DNA of 64,000 bases from Camelus dromedarius. Its lineage: Eukaryota. Below, one piece after another: positions 1 to 11,179 of the stretch. Where the stretch lies: positions 15,376,001 to 15,440,000 of the forward strand of contig NC_087449.1 of the NCBI RefSeq assembly GCF_036321535.1, in the 5' to 3' direction. The position numbers and the translations under genes were made by a program. Position 1 is the stretch's first letter, and every line of letters begins with the position of its first letter. Under the pieces are notes generated by a model, which saw nothing but the letters and a program-made list of their open reading frames with translations, made no database searches and had not been told where the DNA came from.

Positions 1-101
1 TAAATTGCATAACAGAAGCATACTTCTGTATGTGAATTTATATAATGAATCATTTTATTTATCCCATATGACATACCTTGTCACTTATTCCTAACTTTAG
101 T

Positions 102-290
102 TAGTGGTGTGCTGGTAAACTGGCTTTTCAGAAAGAAAAAAGAGCCCTGATTTGTAGTGTTTGCCCATTTCTGTGGTGTAAATACTCCCATGATGGCCAA
201 ATTTCCAGCTAACAATGGCTTGCAAAGTTCCTGAAAATTTTAACAGTTATCTCATGAGAGCCAGTATGAACAGGCTCCAACACACCACTA
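102..290. mobile_element. MER63-like hAT-Blackjack non-autonomous DNA transposon
   Basis: Terminal inverted repeats tagtggtgtgctgg (102-115) and ccaacacaccacta (277-290); internal sequence resembles MER63 from memory. Confidence 0.7.
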
Positions 291-1015
291 TTAGTGCTTT
301 TTAAGTACACTTCTATATGCTTTCTAATTGTTTTATGCAGAAAATCCTTCTCTCCAACCTCATTTAGAGGCTCTTAATGGTAGGAACCCTGCCATAGTCC
401 TCTATATGCTTTCTTTTTTCTCTTCGCCAGATGTGTCTATATATGTATAGTAATAAACAAGCATGGTAATCTATTTCATTAATACTAAGATGATTTTTTC
501 ACATTACTGAAATCATTTGCAAGTTACAACCAATGGTATGGTATAGAGTAATGGGTAAAACTTTCTTCTTTCTTAGTGTTCTATATAATAATTATTTCAA
601 TTTAATGAAATATGTTAAGTGCTGAATAAATGGTTTTTAACATGAATATAATTACATCCTTTGGGCTAATCTGTCTTTTCACATATTAGATTCACTAAAG
701 CACATTACCTCTATATTATCCTTATGAAGAAAAAATGTAAATTGTTTGAAATGCTCCTTGGTGTACCTCTTATTCTTTTGTCTTAGTGCTTACATTTGGC
801 ACATCAAAATTAGATCAGCAAAGTAGGCTCCAACTTGTTTTGTACATCCTGGTGTGGTGCCAAGAAATGCCTCCCTCCATCTGGGAAGTGCATTTTTTGA
901 AAGTGGGGATCACTGGCATGATCAATCACTGGACAGTGTAATCATAGCCTGGTTGCTATCACATTCCATGCCCAATGTTTCTGCTCCCTCCTATTTGGTG
1001 TATAGGAAAACTTGG

Positions 1016-1454
1016 TGTTAGGCAGAATACTGGCCCCTAAAAGATGCCCATGTCTTAATCCTCAGACATGTGAATATTCTTCTTAAAATAAGATTATTCG
1101 GGATTAATCTGGGTGGACCTGAAGTAAGTAAGCACAGGTGTCCCCTGAGTGGGATAGAGGGAGACAGAGGAGCCAGAATCACAGACAGCATCATGAGAAA
1201 TTCTTGACTGGCTTTGGCAATAGAAGGGGGTCAGGAGCCAAGGAATGTGGGTGGGGAATGTGAGCAGCCTCTAGAAGGTGGGAAAGGAAAGCTTAGAACC
1301 TCCAGAAGGATGCAGCCTTGCTGATACCTTAATTTTAACCCAGTGAGTCCTATATTGGACTTCTGACATCCAGAACTGTAAGATAATAAATTTGCGTTGT
1401 TTTAATTTACTAGCATGTGATAGTTTGGTACAGCAGCAATAGTAAACTGATACA
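1016..1454 (+). mobile_element. MaLR solo LTR (MLT1C/D-like)
   Basis: TG...CA ends; typical 3' motif ttctgacatccagaactgtaagataataaatttg...acagcagcaatagtaaactgataca. Confidence 0.8.
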
Positions 1455-1574
1455 AATTTTTTCATTAATTCAGATGGGCTAAGTCACAACTTGAGCTAAA
1501 TAAAACCTGCGGTGCTGTGCTAAAAACATTCTTTATGTTCTCTCTGAACAAGTTTGCTGGGAAATTTGTAGTGT

Positions 1575-2031
1575 TGTCACTGAAGGCAAGTTTGTGTGCC
1601 TGCTGTACCGTGAGGCCAAACAAACTGAAACATTGGAGTCTGGAGCAGAGAAAGGTTTATTGCAGGGCCGATCAAGGGGGACAGGGTGGCTCCTGCCCAA
1701 GAAAACTCCGAATTCCCTGAAGGGTTTCAGCAAAGCATACTTAAGGTCCAGGTGAGGGAAGGGCGTTGCAGGGCACATGATCAGCTCATGCACAGTTCTC
1801 TGATTGGTTGATGTTGAGGTCACAGGGCATCAACACTATCAACCCCTAGGCACCAGAAAGTCTGGATCATCAAGTAGTTAATTTCTTCCCTTTGGTGGTT
1901 TTTAGCATCTGAAAAACTCAGGAAATATACATGAGATACTATTATCTGGGTACTTCAGAGGGGAGCTACAGCAGAGGGTATAGGGGAGGGATCTGACCCT
2001 GGAAGACCCCACAGGGTCCTGCTCAGTTACA
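1575..2031 (-). mobile_element. ERV1-class solo LTR
   Basis: TG...CA termini flanked by 4-bp TSD GTGT (1571-1574, 2032-2035); tttatt near 1656 is a minus-strand polyA signal. Confidence 0.8.
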
Positions 2032-2369
2032 GTGTAAAATATATCACAGAAATATATATGTGTAAGAGACTAAGATGATTTAAAGATTTCATTGCATTGT
2101 TTTTATGCTAATTATATGGCTAATTATAAATTAAAGTTACATATTTGTTAATTTTCATCTGAATAATTTTTATTTAAAGTTTTCCTACCTCCATACTAGA
2201 AACTGGTAGAGCTGCATCTCTCTGTGAATATTTAATGATTCACATTTTTCCATTATTATACTTAGCATCCTGGCCCCACCTTAGCAAGCCCTTATGAATG
2301 TTTCACTGTGATTTTGTATATATTATCAGGAACAAGATTTAGGTAACATAATCTTTGGCCAGGGACATG

Positions 2370-2861
2370 TGTGAATGAAAAATACTGCAAACCATATCAG
2401 TGAACAAAGAATGCTGAAGCCATCAAGTCATCAGTGGCTGCTGCCACCCCCCAGTGAAGACCAGCCTGCAGCCTGGCCTCTGCAGCCACTCACAATGGTG
2501 CACTCTGAGGGAACTCAGAATAAGAAAGGACAGCATGCTGGCCCTAGATAGCTGGGTGCTTGTCGAAGGAATGAATTCAATGAGCCCAAATGTTTGCTTC
2601 CTCCCATCCACAGAAAAGTGCTAAATTCTTTAACTTGAGATGTCCGGTTTTCTTTAGTTAACAAGTAATCTTTTAATGTACCTGGTCTTTGTTGTAAAGC
2701 TCCTATATATCCCAGCTCCTCCCCTACCTCTTCTGAGCAGTCCCTCAGAGCGATCTGAGAGGCTGTCATCCAGGGTTCGAAGGGGCTAGAGTCATAAAAA
2801 AATGTCTGCCAAATAAAACATAATTCTCAACTTTTAGGCTGTGCATTTATTTCAGTCAACA
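2370..2861 (+). mobile_element. ERV1-class solo LTR
   Basis: TG...CA termini, 4-bp TSD CATG (2366-2369, 2862-2865), TATATA at 2704-2709, AATAAA at 2812-2817. Confidence 0.82.
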
Positions 2862-2918
2862 CATGACAACCTAAGTCTTGTTTTCCTCTTGCTCAAAAAT
2901 AGAGACAGTTATGCCTTC

Positions 2919-3368
2919 TGTTATGGCCTCATGTTTGTGTGTTGAAATCACAGATCCCAGTATAATGGTATTTGGAAAAGGGGCTTTTGGGAAACAGACC
3001 ATGAGGATGAGACCTTGTGTTGGGATCAGTCCCCTTATAAGAAGAGACGTCAGAGAGGTTGCCTCTCCCCTTCTGTCTGCCATGTGAACACGTGAGAAGA
3101 TGGGGCCGTCTGTAAACCAGGAAGAGGGTCTTCAACAAGACCCCGACCATGCTGGCACCCTGATCTCAGACTTCCAGCCTCCAGAACTGTGAGAAATAAA
3201 TGCTTGTTGTTTAAGCCACCCAGTCTATTCTGTTACAAAGCCTGAACAGACTAAGGCAGAAATTGGTACCAAGAAACAGGGTGCTGCTATAATAAATACC
3301 AAAAAAATGTGGGAGCAGCTTTGGAACAGGTAATGGGCAGAGGATGGACAAGTTTTAAGATGTCAGAT
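2919..3368 (+). mobile_element. MLT1A/B LTR (2919-3258) plus start of MLT1 internal region
   Basis: tcagacttccagcctccagaactgtgagaaataaatg LTR motif, then gaaattggtacc internal start. Confidence 0.8.
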
Positions 3369-4492
3369 CTTTTTTCCCAGCTTTATTGAGACATACTTGA
3401 CATACAGCGTTGTGCAAGTTTAAGGTGTACAATGGGATGATTCAATACACGTATATACAGCAAAGTGATTTCCATAGTAAGTTTAGTTAATGCTTCCATC
3501 ACCTCAAATAATTACCAATTCTTTTGTGGTGAGATCATTTAAGATCTGCTTTCTTAACAACATACAAGTATGCAATACAGTATTGTTAACTGAAGTCACT
3601 GTGTTGTACGTTAGTTTCCCAGAACTTACCCATCTTATAATCAGAAGTTTGTACCTTTTGATCAACATCTCCTCATTTCTCCCGCCCCTGAGCCCTTGGC
3701 AACCACCATTCTATTCTCTGTTTCTATGCTTAGAATTTTTAGATTCCACATACAAATGGGATCATACAATGTTTGTCTTTCACAATCTGACTTATTTCAC
3801 TTGGCAGAATGCCTTCACGGTCCATGCATGTCATAAATGGCATGATTTCCTCATTTTTTGTGGCTGAATAATATTCCTCTGTGTGTGGTGTGTGTATTTT
3901 GTGTGCATCACATTTTCTTTACCCATTTATCTGTTGGATACTTAAGTTGTCTCTGTGTCTTGGTTACTGTGAATAGTACTGCAGTGAACATGGGGGTACA
4001 GATACTTTTATTGAGATAGTGATTCTATTTCTTTTGAATATGTACCCAGAAGCAGGATGCTTGATCACATGGGAGTTCCATTTTAAAGTTTTTGAGAAAC
4101 CTCCATACTGTTTTCCATAGTGGCTGCACTAATTTTCATTCCTACCAACAATGCCTAAGGATTTCCTTTGCTCCACATCCTTGGCAAGACATGTTCCCTC
4201 ATGTCTTTTTGATAATAGCCATCCTAACGGGTGTGAGGGAATACTTCATTGTGGTTTTGATTTGCATTTTCCTGATAGCTGATAATGCTAAGCACCTTTT
4301 CATGTAGCTGTTGACCATTTGTGTATCTTCTTTGGAAAAATGTCTGTTCAGGTCCTCTATCCATTTCTAATATGATTATATACCTTTTTGATTTTTGTTT
4401 TGTTCTTATTTTTACTATTGAGTTGTATGAATTCTTTATGTATTTAGGATACTAACCCCTTATCAGATATATGGTTTGAAAGTATTTTCTCC
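3369..4492 (-). mobile_element. L1 3' portion (L1MA9/L1MB-like)
   Basis: Poly-T start and ctttattgag; ORF2-end motifs gtacccagaag...gatcacatggg and tgataatagccatcctaacgggtgtgagg. Confidence 0.85.
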
Positions 4493-4740
4493 TGAAGGGA
4501 CTTATAAAGGTGATGCTGGGGAGGACTCGTAGAAAAGAGAACTGGAGAGGGAACATCTTCTTACACAGTACACCCTGTACAGAACATTGATAGAAATCTA
4601 GAGGGTAAGGACCATTCATCAAGTCTCAGACAGAAATGAAGAATATGCTACTGGCAACTGGAGGAAGCTGATCCTTGGTACAGAGTGGCAAAGCACTTGG
4701 CTGAATCATGTTAGGTTTTAGTACTTTGTGGAAGGCACAA
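4493..4740 (+). mobile_element. MLT1 internal region, continuation after the L1 insertion
   Basis: cagaaatgaagaatatgctactggcaactggaggaa...gtggcaaagcacttggctgaa resembles MaLR internal consensus. Confidence 0.65.
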
Positions 4741-4825
4741 CAACCGAGGTGAAGGGAAGTGAAGTCACTTGCTCCCAGGTATGAAGCCAGTGATGGTGGT
4801 GGTGAAGCCAGGAGGGGACTGGAGC

Positions 4826-4970
4826 CGGCGTCTCAGCCACTGCACCCCTGTCCCTCATGGAGGTGGGCAGCGTGGGGCCGGGTGCGCCGGGGGAGCCGGG
4901 GTGGGGGAGGTTGAGGTTCGAGCGCGCTGCTGGCCCGGAGGCACTCCTCTCTCAGTGTGCGCCGCGATAC
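4826..4970. promoter_or_regulatory. Small CpG-dense, G-rich segment; possible regulatory element
   Basis: 14 CpGs in about 142 bp in an otherwise CpG-poor region; four or more G3+ tracts at 4874-4907. Confidence 0.35.
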
Positions 4971-6326
4971 CTTACCCTGGCCAGGTTTGCCTAGGACTCA
5001 CTCACATTACGCTGTGATCTTGTTTCGGAGCTTTTCCATTTTAGGAAGACAGAAGGACTCTAATAGTTAGAGATCGCTCATGTTCCAGAGGCTTCAGAGA
5101 CAACAGATGAGACTATGTATGTGGAAGTGCTTTGTAACCTGCAGAATGGGACAGAGACACTGCATTCCTTCCCCAGCTGAGGGCACAGTGTCTGACATGG
5201 GGCCCCTCAGACCCTGGGGATTAGCCTGTGACACAGGAAGAAGTCAAGTGCACACACACACACACACAGTGTATGTGCACACGCACCTGCCCACTGGACT
5301 GGGGGCTCTTGAGTGCAGTGTCTGTGCTGTTCCGGGTCCCCGGTGCCGTACTGAATGCCCTAAAAATAGTCAGTACTCAGTAAAGTTTGGTGATTAATAT
5401 TACAGTGCCTTTCCTTTTAGTCTGGGTTCTCATGGGGCAGAGTCTCTTCGGGGGACGGAGGGATGGATAGGAATTGATCTTGCTAGTTCAGAGCCCCGCT
5501 TACATCCTCTGCACAGTGGGAGACAGGGGTTCAAGGCTCAAGCACTGAAAGGCTGTAGCTGGGACGGTGGCACTCCCAGTGACTCAGCAGCTACTCCTCG
5601 ATGCTCAGGCTCGGCAAGGAGGGGGAGGTGTGGACTGAGTGGAGGAGACAGGAACCATCATAGAGACAGGGCTGCTTTGTTTCCTGGGGGACCGTTTTCC
5701 CCAGTGCCCTGAGCTGGAAAGTGGGTTGTTCTCCACCCAGTGAGCAGCGGGTAGGTAAACAGTCTTGTCCATCATGTAAAGAAGTCAACGAGTTAGACTG
5801 GTCTGACCAGTTACTTCTGGGCCTTTGTGTGAACAGCGGGTTTTTGAGTGATGTGGGCACAGGGCCTGGGGTCGCTGTGACCAATGCAGTTGTTGATCTT
5901 ATGGATGGGAGCAGGAGAGGATCACAGGGCTGAGGCAGCATGACCAGGAAGTCCAGCTTTGACCACAGATGCAGACAGCACCTTACAAAGGGAGTGAGTG
6001 CTGAAGGTGCGGCATGATGCCAAGCCTGGGAGAGGTGACCTCATCTGTGGCCCAGGGCTGTGCTGAGTGCAGGAAGGAAATGTGTGTGGAGGGGAGAGAC
6101 AGTGGCAGTGAGAGGAGAGGACAAAGGCAGAAACATCAGAAGAGCCGGGTCAGTAAAGCTCTGGTAACTGAGTACAGGCAGAGGGAGGCTGCAGAGCGGA
6201 AAGGATGCGACGGCCCGTGGTTGTGGCTGAGACACAGGATCACTACCATCTCCCAGTGGAGGAGGCTTGGTGGTCAGAAGGAGGTGACGTGGACATGTAT
6301 ACGGTGGAGATGTCTGCATTAGCTGC

Positions 6327-6678
6327 TGTCTCACTCAGTTTTTCAGCCTGCTGTAACAGAACGCCACAGACTAGGTGGCTTAACCCACAGAACTTTATTT
6401 CTCACGGCTCTGGAGGCTGGTCAGTTCAAAGTCAAGGCACCAGCAGACCCAGTGTCTGGTGAGAACCCCCTTCCTGGCTCAGAGACAGCCATTTCCTTGC
6501 TGTGTCCTCACATGGTGGAAGGGACACTGGAGCTCTCTGGGGGCTCTCTTATAGCGTGCTGATCCCTTTCGCCTGATGTAATCACCTCCCAAAGGCTCCA
6601 CCTCCAACTACCGTGCCAGTGGGGGATAGGGTTTCAGCCTATGAATTTTGGGAGGGAATAAACATTCAACCCATAACG
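6327..6678 (-). mobile_element. MLT1A0-like solo LTR
   Basis: ttatttctcacggctctggaggctgg...gtcaaggcaccagcag...atcacctcccaaaggc...aacattcaacccataac. Confidence 0.8.
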
Positions 6679-7877
6679 ATCATTTTACTAAATCTGTATA
6701 TAATTTACTCTAGTCTAGTTTCTTCTTATAAAACAATTCATTAATCTAAAGTTTCAGTTAAAAAGTTTAAGGCATTGTCTGAAAAAGAAATGATGAGCTG
6801 GGGTGGAGCCCGCTGGTCATTATTCAGCTGTCCTGCCAAGGCCAGCCATGTGATGGTAGTCATGGAAAAAGATGCTTTACAAACAGCATCCCAGCCAGGG
6901 ACCCTCATTCTCCTAAATGAGGCAAGGTGAGAAACCCAATGTGTGCAAAAATTTCAACTCAGCTGGGTCTGTTCCACGTGTCTGTAAGCCTGGAGAGGTG
7001 TTACATATACATGCTCATTCAGCAGGAGCCCGAGAGAGCAGAACTAGAATGAGGTGGTGCCGGAGCTGGCTGAGCTTTGTTACAAGGACCTAAATATTAA
7101 AAAAGTTTCAAAGTCTGAATTAAAAGAACGGGACGTGTTACAGTCAACAGGGAAGTGGAGGTCCATGTTATCCTGACATTTTGACCCTGCTACATTTAAT
7201 CAGGGTTTTAGCCCTTGTAACTATTCCAAAACTATTGATTTTTCTAAAACTTGAGCCCGAAAAAAAGACAGAAGGCTATATATGATAGCAGTCTAATGAT
7301 TTATCTTAAGAATCTGTGAACTGTGGAATCATGATTGTTAGGCCTGAGAGACACCTGCTCACCTTTCTGAAATGAGTTGCTTAAAAGGTACTCTGAGATT
7401 CAGAAAGGGTAAGGGATACAACGTTGACCTTTTGGAGACAGGAAACCTTTGATGAACTATAGGACGCCAAGACAGTTCATTTAAAAGATGGTTTCTAAGC
7501 ATTATCCGAGGCTGGTTTTGTATGTGCGTTACTGAAGCCCTCAGGTTGTCTTTTTAAGAAAACCCAGCAAAAATAATGGTTTCCGCAGTGTTCATGTGTC
7601 TGCAACTCTCTTGTGGAACCTTGGCTTCTGGGCTTCAGAACAGCTTTTGTCTCTTTTGTGGGCAAAATTAAACCTTCCTCACCACTGACAGCATGGAACT
7701 CTCCTGAGATGGGCATTAAGGAGGAAAGAGACAGGAAAAGGTCACCAATACCATCTCCATGTAATTAAAGCAGTGCAAATAGCTAAACAAAATCGTTGCT
7801 AATGGTATTTACTTGATTCTATAATATGAGTCTCTGCTCTGGTCTCAGAATAAGTGAAGGGTCAGCTGCTGTTAAAA

Positions 7878-8060
7878 AGGTATAAAATAGATAAACAAGT
7901 TTCTACTGCAGAGCACAGGGAACTATAGTCAATATCTTGTAGTGACCTATAATGAAAAAGAATATGGAAAGGAATATACGTATGTACTTGTGTGACTGAA
8001 ACATTATGCTGTCACTAGAAATTGACACAACGTTGTAAACTGCCTATACTTCAGTAAAGA
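7878..8060 (+). mobile_element. Short 3' end of a cetartiodactyl-type L1
   Basis: ataaacaag...agcacagggaactatagtcaatatcttgtagtgacctataatg...ttgtaaactgcctatacttcagtaaa. Confidence 0.8.
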
Positions 8061-8625
8061 AATGTAGAGATTATAAATCTTGGTTGCAGGCAATGGGGTG
8101 TGGATTTTTTTTAGGACAACGTAATGTTAGGTCTGTGTTTAGGCTTGTATGTTCTCTTTCTCTGCTTCTGTCTCTCTGTCTTTCTGTGTCTGTGTCTATG
8201 CACATGCACTCACCTTTATGTACATGTATATATGAGGGTTGCACATGCATGCATACATTATACATACGTGTACATGTGTATTTATACCTGCTTTTGTAAG
8301 ATAGTAGTAATGAATAAAAGCTAGGTTCAAACTTAGAAAAAATAGGTTCAAACTTTTGTTGATAGACTCATATTGACCATCGACCACAATATACCAAGGA
8401 ACCAAGGAACCAATGTATCCTCTTTTTGCTCTTAAAAATGAAAGACCCTAAAAATCAACAGTAATCAATGAACGTGTTTTTGGTTCCGGATGTGGAATTA
8501 GTGAAATTGTCTTGATATACATGTGGAAGTTAACACTTCTAAACGGCTGAAAATAAACTTAGAAATTTACACTGGTAAGAATGAGTCCCAGATAAAGTTG
8601 TGTCTTCATGTGTTGACCACATCAT

Positions 8626-9120
8626 TGTTTAGGTACGTGGTAAACAACACGAATAGGGACACCGAGAGTGAGCTATCTCGGCCTTCAAGTCCAGCAGAGG
8701 CATTGGGGGAGGGCATTCAAAGGCCGCGAGTGCCCCAGGCTGCATCCAGACAATCAGAAGCTCCTCGCCCCCTTCCCTGTCCTTGCAATGTAAAGTTCTG
8801 CCCTCCACCCCGTTCTCACAGGGGGAACCGTTTTCAAGGATGCAGACTTGAGAGAGCAACGTGTTGTTGAGACCATCTGGACCTCATACCTGACTGAACC
8901 CAGTTAAAGCCTTTAGGTAAACTTTTAAGATTCTGGCGGGCAGGTGCGGAGACCTACTCGTCTTGCAACCGCCCACGACAAGCCTCCTAAGTCAGTTCCC
9001 TTGCTTGTTAAGCCTGCCACCTATCCATCTGGACTGGTCTGCCTCTTCCTTCACTCTCCCCTTGCCCTCCACAGATGGGGGCCGGTTTGTGAACCCACAA
9101 GAGTAGGCTAAGGAATAACA
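8626..9120 (+). mobile_element. ERV1-class solo LTR
   Basis: TG...CA ends with near-TSD tcat/acat; U5-like gttcccttgcttgttaagcctgccacc...ccctccacagatgggggcc. Confidence 0.6.
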
Positions 9121-9755
9121 ACATACTACGTGACGGGACACATGCATCAAGGCCTCAGAGGTGGAGTGGCAGGGAACGCAGCACTGCCTGTGTATCAGGG
9201 AAGGTTTCCTGGGAGGAGATGGTTGTGCGTCACAGGTGTCCTCCATTAGCTAACACCTGGTGAGGGAAGAGCCTTCCCCCGGGAGGGACTGTCACCTGTG
9301 TCCCGAAGACCTGAGAGAATAAGGCAAGGGAGTGCAAAGAAGTTTGGGTTCCTAGGATTTAGGGTGTGACGGGGAGCCGAGGAGGCCCTGCTGTTCCTTC
9401 CATCAGGCTTCCTCTGTGAAGACTTCCCTGACAGCTAGGGTTGGCTATCTCCTTCTCCATGTCCCCACGATGTTTTCGCATATTTCTATTACTGGATTTT
9501 TCACAACCAGTTTCGTTGTTCATGTCTGATTTCCATCCTTGTCTGTGGGATAAAACAGCAGCAGGGCTGCCGCCCGGTTCTCAGCATCAAAACTAGAAAA
9601 CAGTAGGTGCTCAATACCTGTTTATTAAACACACACGTGAATGTCTGGCTGGCTGAGCGAGTGATGATGCAGTTTGGGGATGAGAGAGCCCAGAATTGCC
9701 TTGGTTATCAAGCAACACTTCATAAAACCTTAATGGTTTCATTTTTCTGTTCCAG

Positions 9756-9849
9756 ATTACTTGCAGCATATAATAGCCTTACGGATAAACACCTGGCTGG
9801 ATATTTTAACAATACAAGAATAAGGCGGCATCTCTTAAGATCAGGGCTG
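9756..9849 (+). CDS. ERICH3: ERICH3 coding exon 2 (94 nt)
   Basis: ttccag acceptor; reads (G)LLAAYNSLTDKHLAGYFNNTRIRRHLLRSGL; CTG|gtaaga donor. Matches the N-terminus of mammalian ERICH3 as recalled. Confidence 0.96.
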
Positions 9850-10104
9850 GTAAGAGATTTGGTTTACTTTCTCCCTGCCCCCTTGTTTCATTATGCCTGA
9901 TAATTCCCTATCTTTTCTGGTTTCCACTTTGAGCTTATCAGTGACATCTTTTCCCTTCCCTCATCTTAGAAAAATTACTTCCTTTCCAAAACTCTGATTT
10001 ATCTATTTGAGGCTGTGTTTCAAGGATAGGAAGAGAGGTCACAATGACTGCTGAAGCAACTTATAAATTATTGAGGAAAATCCCTATGAGTTTCCAACAG
10101 CTGA

Positions 10105-10215
10105 TTTCATTTGTTTACTCATTCATTTATTCAACACGTATTTATTGAACACATTGTATAAACCAGGAACTGTTAGGGAGTTAAGGACAGAGAGGACTTC
10201 ACTGTCTTCAGGAAG
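10105..10215 (-). mobile_element. L2 3' end fragment
   Basis: cattcatttattcaacacgtatttattgaacac...ccaggaactgt typical of the L2 tail. Confidence 0.65.
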
Positions 10216-10639
10216 AAAAATATGGTTTTTAATAATCACAGGATATGGTGTGAAAGACATGAACAGTTCAAATTCTTCCCTTAAATTTTTAAAAACTCTT
10301 TCATTTCCTGTAATGGTTTATTGATACATTAGGGTCTTTCATTCACTCCAAAACTTTCATTTCCACAAAATTTTCGTTTCTCCAAATGTTTATAATGTGA
10401 AAACGTTTTAAAAACACTATAGTTTTCCACTGGAAGTAAGGGGTGTGGTTTTAGAAAGTGTGACTAACGATTTTGATTTTAGCTGTTTAAATTCCTCAAA
10501 CACAGTAGGTTTCCTTAACTGTTGTTGCCATGGTGTTGGAAGGAGCTGCATTGCATTTCTAATTGTTGTTTATGTGCTTGGCACTCTGTCTGGGTAGATC
10601 TCAGAGAGCTTGCTTTCTGTCTCCTGGGGCTTTGTTATC

Positions 10640-10825
10640 AGACAGACCTGGCTGAAAGCTGGCTCTGCCATTTACCAGACAGACTCTTCAGCAAATCACT
10701 TACTTAACTTTCTCAGCTCCAGCTTTCTCAAAATGGTAAAATGAAGACAATGACAGTCAGCCCTCAGGATGGTTGTGGCAATTAGAGACGTGTAATAAAT
10801 GGTTGTTGTAATTACCATGGTTACT
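10640..10825 (+). mobile_element. MIR SINE
   Basis: cagacagacctgg...ctctgccatttacc...cagctttctcaaaatggtaaaatg core. Confidence 0.7.
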
Positions 10826-10979
10826 ATTAACACTACTTCTTCAGATAACGGTCTGTGAGCTTCATACATAAATGGGATGGACTTTGTATTTACTTATCAA
10901 TATCATGAACTGGCATTCACTGAACACTGATTATGAGCCTGGCAGCTCAAATTAGGAAGACACAGCCCTTTCTCTAGAG

Positions 10980-11179
10980 CAGTGGTTTATACAGAGTCCC
11001 CGAATCATCAGCGGTTTTCAGCACCACCTGGGAACTTGTCAGAAAATGCAAATTCTAGAGCCCCCCGCCCCCCCCCCCCGATCTGTTGAGTCAGAAAATG
11101 TGGGGTGGGGTCCATCAATCTGTTTCAACTTGCCTTCCAGGTGATTCTTCAGGTGGTGGCTCAAGTTTAAGAACTTCTG
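10980..11179. mobile_element. MER5A hAT-Charlie transposon
   Basis: cagtggtt...accacctgggaacttgtcagaaaatgcaaattct...caggtgattct...aagtttaagaacttctg; degenerate 8-bp TSD ctctagag/ccctatag. Confidence 0.8.

Noticed and set aside
3490-4307. ORFs 3490-3867 and 4092-4307
   Set aside because: They are antisense readings of L1 sequence.
6793-6820. ATGAGCTGGGGTGGAGCCCGCTG|GTCAT as ERICH3 exon 1
   Set aside because: The encoded peptide does not match MSHSHPAG, the donor is weak and there is no promoter-like context.
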